DNA of 64,000 nt. It comes from Octopus vulgaris (lineage: Eukaryota). The notes beneath the pieces are model-generated. The model had not been told where the DNA came from, did not search any database, and saw nothing but the letters and a program-made list of their open reading frames with translations. The stretch spans positions 3,720,001-3,784,000 of the forward strand of contig OX597837.1 of assembly GCA_951406725.2 (NCBI GenBank). The letters are read 5' to 3'. Shown piece after piece: positions 63,146 to 64,000 of the stretch; position 1 is the first letter of the stretch; every line of letters starts with the position of its first letter. The position numbers and the translations under genes are program-made.

Positions 63146-64000
63146 ATAAAAATAAACATTATAAACATAATTATGTGCGTGTATTCATGAATATCAAATA
63201 AACTTTGAAAACATCGCAAATTGTATTTACGTGGATTTATCAACAGTTGAAGAATTGTACGAGTCGAATGAAGATCCACGTGGTTAAGCGACACGGGCAA
63301 AGGTGGGCAAACACGCCAACCTTTATGGAGAAGCGGGCCGCATGAGATATTGTTATCTCATCAGGCAGCATGCACTACTAAAAAATTGAAGGTGATATTT
63401 CGTTAGGCGTGCCGTTCAGAAACACCGCGTATCGCAATATACCCATGATAGTTGTAAGTCAATCTCGAATAGATTTATGATCAAAGCCAATCCAACCATA
63501 ACCACTTCGTCTCAGTCTTTCTTTAAACACTTAGATAGTTCGAGTGCCACGTAAATAAAATCTGAATTGATTTATAAGCTTATTTAATATTCATGAATAC
63601 ACGAACATAATATGTTTATGATAATTGATTAGAATTTTTAGAAGCATAATTTTGAACTGTTTTATATTTTCTTGAGTTTCTTTAGAATGTCAAATGGTTT
63701 AGAAAAGAAAAAAAAATCTACAGATGCCGCCTGTGTGAATAGTAATAAAATGAGCGTTAACCTATAAAATATAAACAGAGGTGATTTTTCAAGTTAACTT
63801 GAAATAATTTTTAGTGAGACAGATAACCAAACGGATAAAATATTAATTTAGTATTATCATATCTGATTCGCCTGGCACTAAAAAGTTAACTAGAAATATT
63901 AACTGATTGTGGAAACAGTGGGAAAATACCAATCAAAATATGTTACTACCACCAATTCTCTCTTTTGTAGCTTCGCACTTATTCTGACCTTTTTAGCAGC

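Overview
AT-rich, microsatellite-saturated eukaryotic non-coding DNA. The SINE families, (TA)n/(CA)n load and Penelope content resemble an octopus (coleoid cephalopod) genome; this is inference. No intact protein-coding gene is visible, and nearly all ORF-track entries are translated microsatellites. Recognisable parts: a frameshifted Penelope-like element (PLE; RT C-terminus plus GIY-YIG), a second GIY-YIG fragment, mariner/Tc1 and Helitron remnants, an 8-bp-TSD MITE, many tRNA-derived SINEs, a U6 snRNA retrocopy, and an 8.8-kb block repeated across a 100-N gap (probably an assembly artefact). The unexplained signal is a dense set of type-I hammerhead ribozyme (HHR) motifs read by eye: 13 near-complete copies (12 after removing the duplicated block) in about 6 families. 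They include (i) a 3.45-copy, 362-bp retrozyme-like tandem array, (ii) three unrelated families with the compensatory U3-A8 core (UUGANAA instead of CUGANGA), and (iii) five fold-back PLE derivatives, two of them kb-scale palindromes of almost pure microsatellite with an HHR at each end. In addition, (iv) the U6 copy is fused to a PLE-type 3' tail near where HHR cleavage would occur. All structures were folded by eye; none is experimentally verified.
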